DNA from: a virus
Taxonomy: Duplodnaviria > Heunggongvirae > Uroviricota > Caudoviricetes
Strand: one strand, 5' to 3'
IMG/VR virus record: IMGVR_UViG_2576861092_000011
Coordinates: 1-38,891 of that record
Length of the DNA stretch: 38,891 bases
A program made the position numbers and the translations under genes. Below the pieces are notes generated by a model. The model ran no database searches and was not told the DNA's origin. It worked only from the letters and a program-made list of their open reading frames with translations. How positions within the stretch are numbered: position 1 is the first letter of the stretch; each line of letters starts with the position of its first letter. Below are positions 1-11,374 of the stretch, piece after piece.

Positions 1-1158
1 ATGCTCACCGTTAAGCAGATTGAAGCAGCTAAGCCGAAAGAAAAACCATACCGCCTTCTCGATGGTAATGGCCTGTACCTTTATGTCCCTGTATCCGGGA
101 AAAAGGTATGGCAGCTTCGCTACAAGATTGACGGTAAGGAGAAAATCCTGACCGTCGGAAAATATCCGCTTATGACTTTGCAGGAAGCAAGGGATAAAGC
201 ATGGACCGCGAGGAAAGACATCTCGGTTGGCATCGATCCGGTAAAGGCGAAAAAGGCTTCGTCTAACAACAATTCATTTAGTGCGATTTACAAGGAATGG
301 TACGAGCACAAGAAGCAAGTCTGGTCAGTAGGCTATGCAACTGAACTTGCAAAAATGTTTGATGCCGACATTTTACCTATCATCGGCGGCCTTGAAATTC
401 AGGATATTGAGCCGATGCAACTGCTGGAAGTAATCCGCAGATTTGAAGATCGCGGTGCAATGGAGCGAGCCAACAAAGCCCGCAGAAGATGCGGCGAGGT
501 TTTCCGTTACGCTATTGTCACTGGTAGGGCTAAATATAACCCGGCACCTGACCTTGCTGACGCCATGAAGGGATACCGCAAGAAGAACTTCCCGTTTTTA
601 CCTGCCGACCAGATCTCGGCATTCAACAAAGCACTTGCAACATTTTCAGGAAGTATCGTATCGCTCATTGCCACCAAGGTTTTACGCTACACTGCCCTAA
701 GAACGAAAGAGCTTCGTTCCATGCTATGGAAGAACGTCGATTTTGAAAACAGGATTATCACCATCGACGCCAGTGTGATGAAGGGACGCAAAATTCATGT
801 GGTCCCGATGTCAGACCAGGTGGTTGAACTTCTCACTACGCTAAGCTCAATCACCAAACCAGTCTCAGAGTTTGTTTTTGCCGGGCGCAACGATAAGAAG
901 AAGCCAATCTGCGAGAACGCGGTATTGCTTGTGATCAAACAAATCGGCTATGAAGGTCTGGAAAGCGGTCACGGATTCAGGCATGAATTCAGCACGATTA
1001 TGAACGAGCACGAATGGCCTGCCGACGCCATTGAAGTGCAACTGGCACATGCCAACGGCGGTTCTGTACGTGGAATTTACAACCATGCTCAGTATCTCGA
1101 TAAGCGCAGAGAAATGATGCAGTGGTGGGCGGACTGGCTTGATGAAAAGGGGGAGTAA
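1..1158 (+). CDS. intS: P4-type tyrosine integrase (prophage integrase), 385 aa
   Basis: Full-length ORF. N-terminus MLTVKQIEAAKPKEKPYRLLDGNGLYLYV is typical of P4-family integrases; C-terminal HGFRHEF and IYNHAQY carry the catalytic H-x-x-R and Tyr. Matches my recollection of E. coli K-12 KplE1 IntS. Window begins at its ATG. Confidence 0.9.
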   Translation: MLTVKQIEAAKPKEKPYRLLDGNGLYLYVPVSGKKVWQLRYKIDGKEKILTVGKYPLMTLQEARDKAWTARKDISVGIDPVKAKKASSNNNSFSAIYKEWYEHKKQVWSVGYATELAKMFDADILPIIGGLEIQDIEPMQLLEVIRRFEDRGAMERANKARRRCGEVFRYAIVTGRAKYNPAPDLADAMKGYRKKNFPFLPADQISAFNKALATFSGSIVSLIATKVLRYTALRTKELRSMLWKNVDFENRIITIDASVMKGRKIHVVPMSDQVVELLTTLSSITKPVSEFVFAGRNDKKKPICENAVLLVIKQIGYEGLESGHGFRHEFSTIMNEHEWPADAIEVQLAHANGGSVRGIYNHAQYLDKRREMMQWWADWLDEKGE

Positions 1159-1348
1159 TTGGCATAGCCACACTGGAAACAAAAGAAGTTAATCTCTCAA
1201 AATACCAAATGATCAAGTTATATGATAACAGGCGTGAAAATATACATAGAATGACAGTCAACCGCTAGATAACATCTAGTTAGTCTATATAGATAATATC
1301 AACTAAATCTGATAGACTCCCGCTTCCCGTAGAATATGGATTTTTAGC
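1159..1348 (+). promoter_or_regulatory. AT-rich int-oac intergenic region, putative oac promoter, with short palindromes (CTAGATaacATCTAG, TCTATATAGA)
   Basis: 190 bp non-coding AT-rich stretch directly upstream of oac start; palindromes read directly from the sequence. No promoter elements assigned. Confidence 0.3.
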
Positions 1349-2416
1349 ATGAAACATATACAATCTTTAGATGGTGTGAGAGGTATTGCGGTGCTCATTG
1401 TAATGCTTTTTCATGCCAAAGTTTCAGGATTTTCTCTTGGTTGGTCTGGAGTTCCGCTGTTCTTTTGCTTATCTGGTTTCTTAATTACCTCAATCCTTAT
1501 CGAGGATAAAGACTCTGGTTTTAGTAACTATATTAAACGATTTCTTATAAATAGATCGCTTAGAATATTCCCGTTATTTTATGCTTACCTACTTGTTAAC
1601 TTTATTCTTCTAATTGCAACTGGGAAACCAACGGATGGTTATTTGTGGTTTATAACTTATCTACAAAACTATTATATAGGAATAAATGTTACAACACCTG
1701 GAATTTTGGGGCACACCTGGTCTCTTGCAGTGGAAGAACAATTTTACTGGCTTTGGCCTCTATTCATATTTTTCATAAACAAAAAGAATATGAATCTGAT
1801 TTTTATCATACTAATAATAACATCAAGTATATCAAGATATTTTATATTTCAAATCACTGATGGAAACCCATACATTGTAAATGTAACTCTTATCAGTTGC
1901 ATTGACATGTTAGTTCTTGGTGCTCTGTTTTCAAAGATAAAAGATGATAAGTACGCATATGAATCAGGATTTTTAACTTTTATAGCAGGTGTTGGGCTGG
2001 TTCTTAATGGAATAAATTCTGTTGGTCTTAATGCTTTTTGGAACCCTGTAGATTGGGCTGGGAAATGCTGGTATATGTTTACAGCGTTTGGGATGATTTT
2101 TTCATCTGCAATTTTTTTCATTTACAAGTGGAGTGTGCTAGGGAAAAAACAAATAATAACAAAAGCATTATCATTAAAGCCATTAACATTTACAGGAAAG
2201 ATAAGTTATGGTTTGTATATGTGGCATTTGCTGTGTTTTTCAATTGCAAACAAAATGTCCTCCTTGTTTGGGGTAAACAATAATGCTGTGATAATAGCAT
2301 GTGGGTTTGCTATCGCATATATAGTATCAATTGCATCATACTATCTTTTTGAAATACATTTTCTTAAATTAAAAAGAAAAACCAATAGAAATGAAGACAA
2401 TTTAGTTACAGTATAA
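1349..2416 (+). CDS. oac: Acyltransferase-3 family integral membrane protein, probable O-antigen O-acetyltransferase (lysogenic conversion)
   Basis: 355 aa, multi-pass hydrophobic; N-terminal motif LDGVRGIAVLIVMLFH typical of OafA/Oac acyltransferases. Markedly AT-rich versus flanking phage DNA. Sits between int and tailspike as in Sf6. Confidence 0.8.
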   Translation: MKHIQSLDGVRGIAVLIVMLFHAKVSGFSLGWSGVPLFFCLSGFLITSILIEDKDSGFSNYIKRFLINRSLRIFPLFYAYLLVNFILLIATGKPTDGYLWFITYLQNYYIGINVTTPGILGHTWSLAVEEQFYWLWPLFIFFINKKNMNLIFIILIITSSISRYFIFQITDGNPYIVNVTLISCIDMLVLGALFSKIKDDKYAYESGFLTFIAGVGLVLNGINSVGLNAFWNPVDWAGKCWYMFTAFGMIFSSAIFFIYKWSVLGKKQIITKALSLKPLTFTGKISYGLYMWHLLCFSIANKMSSLFGVNNNAVIIACGFAIAYIVSIASYYLFEIHFLKLKRKTNRNEDNLVTV

Positions 2417-2447
2417 AAATAGGGCGGGGAAACCGCCCTATTTTTAT
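2416..2447. terminator. Bidirectional Rho-independent terminator between convergent oac and tailspike
   Basis: Stem AGGGCGG / CCGCCCT with loop GGAAA, flanked by an A-run on one side and a T-run on the other (aaaat-agggcggggaaaccgcccta-tttttat). Confidence 0.75.
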
Positions 2448-4159
2448 CTATCCTCTCTCCACGCCTGCACGAAACATGTAACATTGATGTTTGATACTCC
2501 ATTTCCTGTGGTTGTATCATACACTCGAGCAATGGCAGTTCCACTGCTATGGTAAGTGTCAAAGCTCACTGCGTACTTGAATGGTGATGGCATAGTATTG
2601 GAGTGAAAATCTGGAACCGCCATTGCATATCTTGCATAGAATCCAAAGTTAATTATGTCTCCAGATTTTAAAGTAAGAATGTTTGTATAGTTAGGGGAGT
2701 TTGATATCTTCTCGTCAACACGTATTAGCCTCCCATTACCTTGGATAGTAATTACTGTGAATATTCGATTTGGATCATTGAGATAAACAACAGCTTCATC
2801 ACTGATAATTAGGTGACCTATTGTGCCATCGTCGTTGTAGATTTGAGGGTCGTTTATACGTACTACAGCGTTACCCCTAACCCGGAACAGGTAGGCATTT
2901 GCCCCTGCAGCGTTAACCCTGTTGAATGTCGGGGAGTTAAATGTAACCTCAGAACTAGAGGCGACCACGATAGCCTGGCTTCCTGCTGTAATTTTCCCGT
3001 TTGCAACGTCCATTTCGAAGTTAGGTTGATTAAATATGATTCCTCTTGAGTTCGTATCTATCTGCAGGAAATAAGCATTGGCGGACCCGTTATGTCCCAT
3101 GTTAAGCGCGTTGAATATCTGGTTGCTAGCGCCAGAAACTTTCACGGCATAAGCCGTCCAGTTTGCAACATAACACCCATTGAACACGTTTTGAATAATT
3201 GTTCCGTTACTGGATAGGTTAATCCCGATTCGGTTGTTATTGCACCTCATATTGTTATAAATATTTGAAAAATCAGCATATCCAGCGTTGTAACCAATAT
3301 CAAAGAAATCGAGATAAAGGTTGTTAAACTCACAGTTAACTGCCTTTCCGCAAAAAGACATGTCTATTCCGACCCCGCTACCAACAGGAGGACCGCCAGC
3401 AACAGATCCGTTAACTTGGAGATTCATGTTTGATATAGTAATCCCTCTAACGTCAGAGCCCTCAGGCTTTATTCCGATCGTGTTTATAGGAACGTTAACA
3501 ACTGTTGATGTTATGGATTCACCAGTTATGCTAGTTTTATTTTTTAACTCAAAATTACCGCTCCATACTCCATTAGGCACCTTCAGTAGACCATTGGCCT
3601 CACCTGTGGCAACGGCAATGTTGACAGGGTTTACGTTTTCATTTGTCGCCCCGTAACCACGGATATCACCAATTCTCTGATAGTCATCAACAGATATAAA
3701 ATCATGCACTGTCCTTCCATCGGTAATGCCAACCATGGAAGAACCTATTGATGATGCAAGACGCTGCTCAAGCTGATCCGGGTCGTACTTCAGTACATTC
3801 GGAAAATAAAACTGCTGCGCACCGTACGCATCATAAACAGCCATAGAATGGCCTTGCACGGTAACGAATTTGGCAATCTGTCCATTATATACAGGGTAAC
3901 CAGCAGCGTTAATGATGATTGGTTGCGAAACAGGAACGTGAGAGCCGTCTTCGCTCTCCATATAAACCTGAATCTGGTTTTCAGGATTTACCGGATCAGT
4001 GTCAATTTTTCCTATATAAATTTTGCCATTGGCAACCGCTTTAAAAGAACGTGCCATAGTGAAGAGTTGCGAAGGCATGCTTACCACAACATTTGCAGTG
4101 ATATCTGACATTTCATTGCTCCAGACGAATGATATGATGCAACCATGATGTGATTGCAT
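2444..4159 (-). CDS. Tailspike protein: P22 gp9-like N-terminal head-binding domain plus distinct beta-helix receptor-binding/O-antigen-depolymerase domain
   Basis: N-terminal ~110 aa ([46 protein letters not shown]...[15 protein letters not shown]...NVLKYDPDQ) closely matches the P22 gp9 head-binding domain; the rest is Asn/Gly/Ser-rich repetitive sequence typical of right-handed beta-helix. 3' part is AT-rich. Confidence 0.9.
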   Translation of the reverse strand: MQSHHGCIISFVWSNEMSDITANVVVSMPSQLFTMARSFKAVANGKIYIGKIDTDPVNPENQIQVYMESEDGSHVPVSQPIIINAAGYPVYNGQIAKFVTVQGHSMAVYDAYGAQQFYFPNVLKYDPDQLEQRLASSIGSSMVGITDGRTVHDFISVDDYQRIGDIRGYGATNENVNPVNIAVATGEANGLLKVPNGVWSGNFELKNKTSITGESITSTVVNVPINTIGIKPEGSDVRGITISNMNLQVNGSVAGGPPVGSGVGIDMSFCGKAVNCEFNNLYLDFFDIGYNAGYADFSNIYNNMRCNNNRIGINLSSNGTIIQNVFNGCYVANWTAYAVKVSGASNQIFNALNMGHNGSANAYFLQIDTNSRGIIFNQPNFEMDVANGKITAGSQAIVVASSSEVTFNSPTFNRVNAAGANAYLFRVRGNAVVRINDPQIYNDDGTIGHLIISDEAVVYLNDPNRIFTVITIQGNGRLIRVDEKISNSPNYTNILTLKSGDIINFGFYARYAMAVPDFHSNTMPSPFKYAVSFDTYHSSGTAIARVYDTTTGNGVSNINVTCFVQAWREDR

Positions 4160-4232
4160 ACCAAAATGGTACTATTGAGTATTTATCCAGTAGGTTACGA
4201 TGCCATTCCACCCAACTGGTGAGGCATCAAGG

Positions 4233-4628
4233 ATGTACAGCAAATACGACGAGGCGCAGTTTCACTTGAGACTTCCGCATGAACTCCACGCGAAAATTAA
4301 ACAGCGCGCGAAGATGAATAAGAGGTAGCTGAACTCAGAGATAATTGCAGCGATTAAAGAATCATTGGCTAAACAAAGCTCTGCATCAGTTTACATTGAC
4401 GATGCAGAGCGTATGGCAGAACAACAATATGATATGGTTAAGAAATTGTCTTTGATACGCTCAAGGAGCTATATAAAAAAGACAGCAGCTAACCATCAGT
4501 TACGGAGGATTTATGCAAAGAGATATGCTGAATATTGCGTTCTACATATTTGGTTTTTGCACGTTCCTGGTGTTTGCGAAGCTATTCTGACAACGCATCA
4601 GACTTGGCACCCTGAGTCATGGCGTTAA
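4233..4628 (+). pseudogene. mnt: mnt-like ribbon-helix-helix repressor gene interrupted by in-frame amber codon (TAG at 4326..4328)
   Basis: From ATG 4233: MYSKYDEAQFHLRLPHELHAKIKQRAKMNKR-TAG-LNSEIIAAIKESLAKQSSASVYIDDAERMAEQQYDMVKK aligns with P22 Mnt (..PHFNFRMPMEVREKLKFRAEANGRSMNSELLQIV..NDAERLADEQSELVKK) in one frame; the stop replaces the conserved Ser. C-terminal reading extends into the 3' end of the ejection gene on the other strand. Confidence 0.55.
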
Positions 4629-6579
4629 TGGCCTTTTGCGCCTGCTGCATCGCTTTCTCAAACGCTGTTGATCCGCGTGGGGTGTTTGCCAGTCGGAGCA
4701 TTGCATTTCTGAATGGTTCGCTCTCATAGGCGCGAGTAAGAAGTCCGTAGCTTACTGCTGCGCCAGTTGTCGCCGGGTTCATTGCTGTCCCATATCCGAT
4801 AATGAACGGGATGGTTTGCTGCCCTGTTGGTGTTGTTACTGCCGCTTTTGCAGCCTGCTGCGTGGATTGCAGGTAGTTTTTCAATCCTTTCAGATAAGCA
4901 GCGTCCTGCCCCTTAAATGTGATGCCAGTCTGGTTTTGCAGGATGTTAAGCTGCCGAAGGAACTGGTCAGGGGATCCGCCAGATTTCTCCATCGCCTTTC
5001 CAATGATGCCATTGCGCATTTGCGCCCTGCCAACACGACCAACTGAGTTATACAGCGTCTTAATTTCCGATTTGTTCTTGCTGAATAGCATGTTGTTGAC
5101 AACTTCCGGCGTCAGGTCGCCTTTCATGAGAACATTCTTCAGCCTGGTATTCTTTAGTTTCGCCGCTTCGTCAGCGTAGACGGCATTGGCTTGCTGATAT
5201 TTACGGAGAGTATCGTTGCCAAGATTCTGACCAATGGCACCATTGATATCGTCAGTCATTGCCTTGTAAACGCGCTGAATGGCAGCATCGGAACGGTTTG
5301 GTAACACTGGTCGCTCACCCTTCACGTCCATTCTGAACTGGCTGCGCAGGTCGCTTAATTGCTTCAAATCCAGATTTACAGGACCATCAGGGCCAGCATT
5401 GCGAACAAGCTCATCACGATATGACTGAAGTTTTGAAATAGTCTCGTTATCAGCAACCTTACCAAGCTTCTGCAGGTTAGATATTTCTGTATCAATCTGC
5501 TGAATTGCTCGCGCAGGCTGAATGTTTACTCCAGCCATAGCATTCTGAACCTGTTCCAGTCGATTACCGGCGGCACGACGAATTCCTGATGTTTTCGCTT
5601 TAAGGCTGTCAATAACAACCGCTGGATCATACTCACCGAATTTATCAGCAAATCTCTGCACCAACTGGCTTCTCGCTTCCTGTTGCGTTGCTCTCATTCC
5701 GCTTGTGCCAGCCAGAGGGATATTTTCTGCTGTAGTCTGCGCCATTTTCCCGACGCGGGAGGTTGGTTGTAACAGGTCTGTGGTGTGCAGAGGAACTCCT
5801 TCACGCTCTGCAAATCTGATAGCCTGCTGCGCTTCTGGCGCGATAGCACCACGAACGCCACGATAAGTAGCACCTAATCCACGTCCGGCAGCGTTAATAG
5901 CACCGCCAGCAAGTACACCAACTCCTAAATCGGTGGCGAGTGCTTCCGCATCATCTTTCGCACTATTTGCAGCAAGTGATCCAACTGCGTTTTCTGCTAG
6001 AAGGCGAGTTGCCCCCTGAGCAATTCGACCAGCAAGTGTTGGTGCCTGTGCTGCCGCTCTCTCAACGCCAGCAGGAGTGAGGTAAGGCAATGCTTCAGCA
6101 AATACCCTTCCCTCTGTCGTTTGTGGAGTCAGCGCTCCTTGCTGAAGGCCAAAGTCCTGCTCTAATCCCTGCGTTGTTACTCGTGGCGCTGGTTGATATG
6201 TACCATCGCCAATACCGAGTTTACCGCCAGCCCATGCCGCCGCGCTTGTTACAGCATCGGCAACTGATGCAGGTATGTTTGCCACGTTCACGCCAGCCTG
6301 CACCAGTCCGCGACCAGTCTCTTTTACTGCTTCACCAAGATCAGACATAAATCCACTTTGCTGTGGTTGTTGCTGTGCTACTGGTTGTTGTGTCTCCACT
6401 GGCTGCACAGATGGCAATGGATAGGCAGCATAGAAAGCTTGCTTAGCCTGCTCTGCATTTTCTCCGGCTTGCGGGGCCACGACTTCATTGAAGTATTGCT
6501 CCTGAGCCTGCGCTTTTTGTTCTGGTGCTAACGCCTGATACTGTGGAGAGGCGATAACATCTTTCCATGCTTTAGCCAT
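4582..6579 (-). CDS. DNA ejection (pilot) protein, P22 gp16-like
   Basis: 665 aa; position immediately after gp20-like gene in the conserved P22 order 14-7-20-16; Ala/Gln-rich low-complexity composition typical of ejection proteins. Confidence 0.75.
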   Translation of the reverse strand: MAKAWKDVIASPQYQALAPEQKAQAQEQYFNEVVAPQAGENAEQAKQAFYAAYPLPSVQPVETQQPVAQQQPQQSGFMSDLGEAVKETGRGLVQAGVNVANIPASVADAVTSAAAWAGGKLGIGDGTYQPAPRVTTQGLEQDFGLQQGALTPQTTEGRVFAEALPYLTPAGVERAAAQAPTLAGRIAQGATRLLAENAVGSLAANSAKDDAEALATDLGVGVLAGGAINAAGRGLGATYRGVRGAIAPEAQQAIRFAEREGVPLHTTDLLQPTSRVGKMAQTTAENIPLAGTSGMRATQQEARSQLVQRFADKFGEYDPAVVIDSLKAKTSGIRRAAGNRLEQVQNAMAGVNIQPARAIQQIDTEISNLQKLGKVADNETISKLQSYRDELVRNAGPDGPVNLDLKQLSDLRSQFRMDVKGERPVLPNRSDAAIQRVYKAMTDDINGAIGQNLGNDTLRKYQQANAVYADEAAKLKNTRLKNVLMKGDLTPEVVNNMLFSKNKSEIKTLYNSVGRVGRAQMRNGIIGKAMEKSGGSPDQFLRQLNILQNQTGITFKGQDAAYLKGLKNYLQSTQQAAKAAVTTPTGQQTIPFIIGYGTAMNPATTGAAVSYGLLTRAYESEPFRNAMLRLANTPRGSTAFEKAMQQAQKAINAMTQGAKSDALSE

Positions 6580-7973
6580 TAATCACCCCATAGTGAAGAA
6601 AAGTTACTGCTGGCTGCTGGCTGTGATACCTGTGCAGGTTGAGATTGCTGCCGCTGAGATTTACCAACATTAACGTTATATTGTTGGTTGTAATTGTTGG
6701 TGTATTCCTGAATCTCACGAATCGACTGCTGCATAGCCTCCGGGCTTGAATAGTCAACCTGCGGCATCCCCTGAAAATACATCTTCGCTTCTGCAACGGT
6801 GTTAATACCACTGGCCCCCATGTCCCTTGCTGCCGCCACACCCTGATTCTGCATTCTGCCCTGAATACGCTGTGCTGAGTTATATAACTGGCGCTGCTCT
6901 TTTCCTGTTAATCGGCTGCGAACATCAGCACCAATTGCCGGGTTACCTGCGCCGCCGGTCATTCCTGTCATGAAATCGAGAGCAGAAGCGTCTGCATTTG
7001 CGATCGCGTCGATATCCTTCTTCATGGCATAGTTTTGTGCTGATGCAGACGATGTTGCAGGCGCTGCGATTGAACTGGCAGGAACGCGAACCATATTCCC
7101 CTCGTTGTCGACGCCTTCGTAGAACGCATTTGCCCCAGCGCCGTGAAGTTTCCCGCCAACCGTTACAGTTCTGCCATCTGATAACTGAACTGTACGCTCA
7201 TCATTCCCAGTGGTTCCTCTTGTTGACGCTCGCTGCATTGCCAAATCCTGCCCGCGTCGCGCAGTAGAAGCAGATAAATCCTGACCGCGCATCGTGATGT
7301 TCTGACCTCGTGCTGTTAGCGCCTCGCCAGCCTGATTGCTGCGGATTGTCTCTGCAAGTTTTCCGCGATCAATCTCACGCCCAACGATTCTGTCTTGCGC
7401 CTGAAAATATTGTTCTGGACCAAGTGCAGCCATTCCAAGGTGATCAACAAACTCTGTGAAACCTTGTGGATTTTGCTGATACATTTTCGCCACATCCAGA
7501 GGGTCTACTCCGGCACGAGTAAGCTCAGATGAGTTGTTCTGCAACCATGACATCATGGCTTCTGGAGATGAAGCTGCCAGTCTGGCACTTGCTGCCAGTG
7601 TGCCGACAGTGGAACGCTGGTCTTCATCGACAAATTTCATGCCGTTTCTTACAGCGTCAAACTGCTCAGGATACTGTGATGCCAGTTTTCGCATTGCATC
7701 GCGGTCACCAGATGTATATGCATCAGCATAAGCCTGCTGAAACTCTTGCTGTCGCTTCTGCTGATCCATCTGCTTATACATATCCATGACAGATGAAATG
7801 CCCTGCAAAGCCTGCAAGCCAACGTTATTACGTCCTGAACGCTCCATCTCGTTATTCTGTCGAATGTATGCAAGCGTGGCGTCTGCATCACTTGCTCTCG
7901 GAGCGTTGGAGTTCATGCCGCCTAACCCGGCAAGAAGCGCGCCTGAATTACCAGCCTGTTGCCATGTAGCCAA
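6579..7973 (-). CDS. DNA ejection protein, P22 gp20-like
   Basis: 464 aa (P22 gp20 is about 470 aa); synteny; start overlaps stop of upstream gene. Confidence 0.75.
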   Translation of the reverse strand: MATWQQAGNSGALLAGLGGMNSNAPRASDADATLAYIRQNNEMERSGRNNVGLQALQGISSVMDMYKQMDQQKRQQEFQQAYADAYTSGDRDAMRKLASQYPEQFDAVRNGMKFVDEDQRSTVGTLAASARLAASSPEAMMSWLQNNSSELTRAGVDPLDVAKMYQQNPQGFTEFVDHLGMAALGPEQYFQAQDRIVGREIDRGKLAETIRSNQAGEALTARGQNITMRGQDLSASTARRGQDLAMQRASTRGTTGNDERTVQLSDGRTVTVGGKLHGAGANAFYEGVDNEGNMVRVPASSIAAPATSSASAQNYAMKKDIDAIANADASALDFMTGMTGGAGNPAIGADVRSRLTGKEQRQLYNSAQRIQGRMQNQGVAAARDMGASGINTVAEAKMYFQGMPQVDYSSPEAMQQSIREIQEYTNNYNQQYNVNVGKSQRQQSQPAQVSQPAASSNFSSLWGD

Positions 7974-7985
7974 GAGACACCTCCA

Positions 7986-8645
7986 TTAAAAAAGTGAACC
8001 AAGAAGACCGACGCCAGCACCAATTGCTGTACCCCAACCAGGCATGATTGCAGTACCTGCAGCTGCACCTGCTGCCGCTCCACCCAAGGCGCTCTGAAAT
8101 CCTGATGGTTTATTCGCATTAGCCGCAGATGCTGCCGCCTGCTGTTGATACAATTGGCTGACGTTGTTGGCATAGTTCTGCCCGGCGTTTGCCTGACCTG
8201 TAAGAGCGCCAAGGCCGATATTTGCCAGATTGTTGTAGTTGTTCATCTGACCTGACAGCCAGTTTTGACCGAGTGTAGGTGCGATTGCTGCTAACTGGTT
8301 TCCTGTTGCTGTAGAGCCTAATCCACCCGTTGCCTCTGCTGCTGCCAGACTCTGGTAACGCGCCTGCCCTGCAAGGTCTTTGTACTGCTGGGAGTTGTAA
8401 TACTGGTTAAGCGCCTGACCTTGCCCCTGGAGAGAGGAAAGATTCTGCAACTGTGATACGTACTGCTGAGCGAGTGGCGTGAACGGTGCAAGGTTTTGCA
8501 TGTTCGTCTGCCACATTTCACGCTGCAATTCGATGCCCTTTTCAGTTGCGCGTGCCTGGGCTTTAGAACCGGAGTCGCTGCCGCCTTTCATATACCCATT
8601 CATGGGAAGCAATTTATTCTTGAAGCTTTCGCTAAGTACTAACAT
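7986..8645 (-). CDS. DNA ejection protein, P22 gp7-like
   Basis: 219 aa; synteny between gp14-like and gp20-like; Gln/Ala/Gly-rich with Gly-rich hydrophobic C-terminus. Confidence 0.7.
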   Translation of the reverse strand: MLVLSESFKNKLLPMNGYMKGGSDSGSKAQARATEKGIELQREMWQTNMQNLAPFTPLAQQYVSQLQNLSSLQGQGQALNQYYNSQQYKDLAGQARYQSLAAAEATGGLGSTATGNQLAAIAPTLGQNWLSGQMNNYNNLANIGLGALTGQANAGQNYANNVSQLYQQQAAASAANANKPSGFQSALGGAAAGAAAGTAIMPGWGTAIGAGVGLLGSLF

Positions 8646-9102
8646 TTATTAGCTCCTCATATTTCGAACGAGGTAATTGATAGAGGGTGATTCCTACCGG
8701 TTTTCCGTTACTCATGTACGCATCATCAAGGTGACCAACACGGGTAGCGCCAAGCAAACGGATAATTGCCCGTCCGTATTTCGTGGTGTCAGGAACCATG
8801 GTAATGCTGTTAAGGAATGGTGAGTTTTCGAGAAGCCATTTGCAGAATAATCGATGCCCTTGCAGTGCATATTCACCACGGAATCCGGGGTCGTACACCG
8901 CATGGCATTCAACAACGCTATGCCAGAAGTTACGCACTTCATGAACGCCAGCCAGCACTAATCCTTCGTAGATGCCGAGGTATACCGCATCAGGCTTGAT
9001 GTAGTATTTATCTCCACTGTCTACGATATTTCCCGTGTTTTCTGGATTGTTGAGGAATTCTGCAAGCTTCACCGGATTATCGATGAGCTTTATTTCCATC
9101 AC
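8632..9102 (-). CDS. gp14-like ejection/assembly protein
   Basis: 156 aa; positional equivalent of P22 gene 14 between the tail needle and gp7; assignment by synteny and size only. Confidence 0.55.
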   Translation of the reverse strand: MMEIKLIDNPVKLAEFLNNPENTGNIVDSGDKYYIKPDAVYLGIYEGLVLAGVHEVRNFWHSVVECHAVYDPGFRGEYALQGHRLFCKWLLENSPFLNSITMVPDTTKYGRAIIRLLGATRVGHLDDAYMSNGKPVGITLYQLPRSKYEELINVST

Positions 9103-9947
9103 TGCTCCGCAATGATTTTGATGGTTGTGGCAGTAAACGCCGCCCCATTTGACTGAATGGTTAACGTACTGCCATTTGTGGCAAGAAAGCCGTCTTTATC
9201 CACGCTGAAGAACGTAGCTAACAGGATGTTATCGGTTGTTGTAGCCGAGTTACGACTGCTTACCAGTGTGTCAGGAACAGAGCCGGAAAAGGTTAGCTGC
9301 ATTGATCTGTTGGCGGTTCCGCTGGGCCACGTCCCGACGATCGACAGCTTGAAGAACAAGGTTTTGTTCTCGTTGAACACAACCATCTTGTTGTTAACGG
9401 TGTCGAAGAATGGTGCCAACGAGCCGGATGACGGCGTGAGCGTTTTCAGCAGGCTAACAAGGTTGGTCGGTGCTGTCGGGATGGTTACAGATACACCAGA
9501 GTAAACAACCTCTGACTTCTTGCGTGTGGTTGCATACTCCAGAGCATCAATGCGCGTTTCATGGTCTGAAACCTGCGACTCCAGCGCCTGAACTCTGGTA
9601 TCAAGCGACGCAATATCGCTTTCATTCTGAGTGATTCGTGTTTCATGTTCCTGAAGAGTTGATTCTGCCTGGCTGATTCGCTCCTCATGATTAACAAGTG
9701 TTGCTTCCGCAGCAGAAATTCGTTGCTCATGATCAGCGAGAATCACATCCTGCTCATCGTTCCTGACTTGTGCATCATAAGCTCCCTGTCCGGCCTCGTT
9801 GGCCTTGTTAGCCACGTTACCAACATCAGTGCCCTGTGCGATAACGTAAAGCAGATACGACTGCGAGAAGATATTGCGTGGAAGAACTGATGTATCGAGC
9901 CGCGTAGCTTGGATGATTACCGGCACATTGAGATTCGAATCCGCCAT
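9099..9947 (-). CDS. Tail needle protein (P22 gp26-like N-terminus with longer C-terminal domain)
   Basis: N-terminus [43 protein letters not shown]...[18 protein letters not shown] matches P22 gp26; heptad-repeat coiled coil follows; 282 aa with extra C-terminal domain, as I recall for the Sf6 needle knob. Confidence 0.85.
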   Translation of the reverse strand: MADSNLNVPVIIQATRLDTSVLPRNIFSQSYLLYVIAQGTDVGNVANKANEAGQGAYDAQVRNDEQDVILADHEQRISAAEATLVNHEERISQAESTLQEHETRITQNESDIASLDTRVQALESQVSDHETRIDALEYATTRKKSEVVYSGVSVTIPTAPTNLVSLLKTLTPSSGSLAPFFDTVNNKMVVFNENKTLFFKLSIVGTWPSGTANRSMQLTFSGSVPDTLVSSRNSATTTDNILLATFFSVDKDGFLATNGSTLTIQSNGAAFTATTIKIIAEQ

Positions 9948-11365
9948 TACTCAATCCTTATCTGAGCGCCAGACAGAGTGACAGGTGACTTCGTGATAAC
10001 GCGCAATTTGAAACCAATGTTTTTCCTGATGCGCCCTACTCGCTTCCACAAAACACGCTTGTCGTAAACAAACGGTTCATTCTGCTCAATCATCTGCTCA
10101 CGCCCGTAATTGATGCCGTCAGTGGTTGCAGAGAGAAAAAGGCGGTCGGCGTACTGCGCAACGCCAGTTGACGATTCAACCTCAAGGTCGAACACTCTGG
10201 CGTTATCCGCTTTGAACAGTGGAGTAAACAGCAGGTGTTCCTGTTGCTTGTCGTACTGGCTGCTGATGTCGAATTGCAATTTCCCGGTCACGGACTCCAG
10301 CTTATCACCGCACGTTATCTGATTGCCTTCGTAAATGAAGTCGATAGCGCGGTACACATCGTCATACAGTCCCGTTTTCAACACACACCATTGCGGACCA
10401 TTGGCGCTTGAAGATGCGTCGTACACGAGAACATGGCGCGGAAGGTGGATAATCAGCAACTCATGAGCATCAAATCGCAGCGATTCCATCACACCATCAG
10501 CCAGTTCATCAGCAGTGTAGGAGCGGAGGATTTTCTCAATGCTCGCGCTGGCGATTGGTGATACCTGACCGGAGCCGATGATGTATACAGACGGCGCACC
10601 AGTTGCCGGATTGCTGATGAACGCATACGAATCAGCAAACGGCGTTTTGCAGTAAGTCCCGGCAATGCCTTTCTGCACCATCAGCGATGGCTGTGCGACA
10701 TACAAAGCGGCACCAACAGTGGTTGCACCAGTCAAGGAAAAATATTCAATCGTCGATGAACCAAAGCAGACGATGAAGTCTCGCCATGTTCCGATGCCGA
10801 TGATGCCGTCAGGCTGCGATTCTGCGCGATATTGTGCGCTGTATCTGTCAGGGTGCGATTCGTCTTCAGGGTCAGTAATGAACCATGAATCAGTTCCGTC
10901 TTTTGACCACGCATAACGCCCACGCAAGCGCGTAATGTCGCGGACTGAGCCTAACTCATACTGCGTGAATCCGCTGTCTGTAGGCCAGTTTGAGACGGTT
11001 TTAACCGTGCCATCATAGCGATACTCGACCAGTTGACCATTAACGCCTACCGCCTGTGATGTCCGACCATGTGCCATTGATACACGACCACTTCCGGCAA
11101 CATCACCGACTTCGCTTTCGCCCTTATACAGCTTGCCCCCGCACACGCGATAAACAGCACTCTGCGCCATGTTGTACTCGACGCCGCGAGATACGCCGTT
11201 CACATCAGAGCGTTTGGCAATGCCCGGGAATGAGCGAAGATATCCGCTGCTGTTGAGTATTTCTTTGGGTGTAGCCAGCATATTCACTGGCAGATAGTCG
11301 ATATAGTCGGCGTTTCGGAAATCTTTGCCGACACCTTTCATAAGCGGAAGTTGCTGAACCGGCAT
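9947..11365 (-). CDS. Tail hub protein, P22 gp10-like
   Basis: 472 aa, same length as P22 gp10; synteny between gp4-like and needle. Confidence 0.8.
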   Translation of the reverse strand: MPVQQLPLMKGVGKDFRNADYIDYLPVNMLATPKEILNSSGYLRSFPGIAKRSDVNGVSRGVEYNMAQSAVYRVCGGKLYKGESEVGDVAGSGRVSMAHGRTSQAVGVNGQLVEYRYDGTVKTVSNWPTDSGFTQYELGSVRDITRLRGRYAWSKDGTDSWFITDPEDESHPDRYSAQYRAESQPDGIIGIGTWRDFIVCFGSSTIEYFSLTGATTVGAALYVAQPSLMVQKGIAGTYCKTPFADSYAFISNPATGAPSVYIIGSGQVSPIASASIEKILRSYTADELADGVMESLRFDAHELLIIHLPRHVLVYDASSSANGPQWCVLKTGLYDDVYRAIDFIYEGNQITCGDKLESVTGKLQFDISSQYDKQQEHLLFTPLFKADNARVFDLEVESSTGVAQYADRLFLSATTDGINYGREQMIEQNEPFVYDKRVLWKRVGRIRKNIGFKLRVITKSPVTLSGAQIRIE

Positions 11366-11374
11366 TTATTCACC

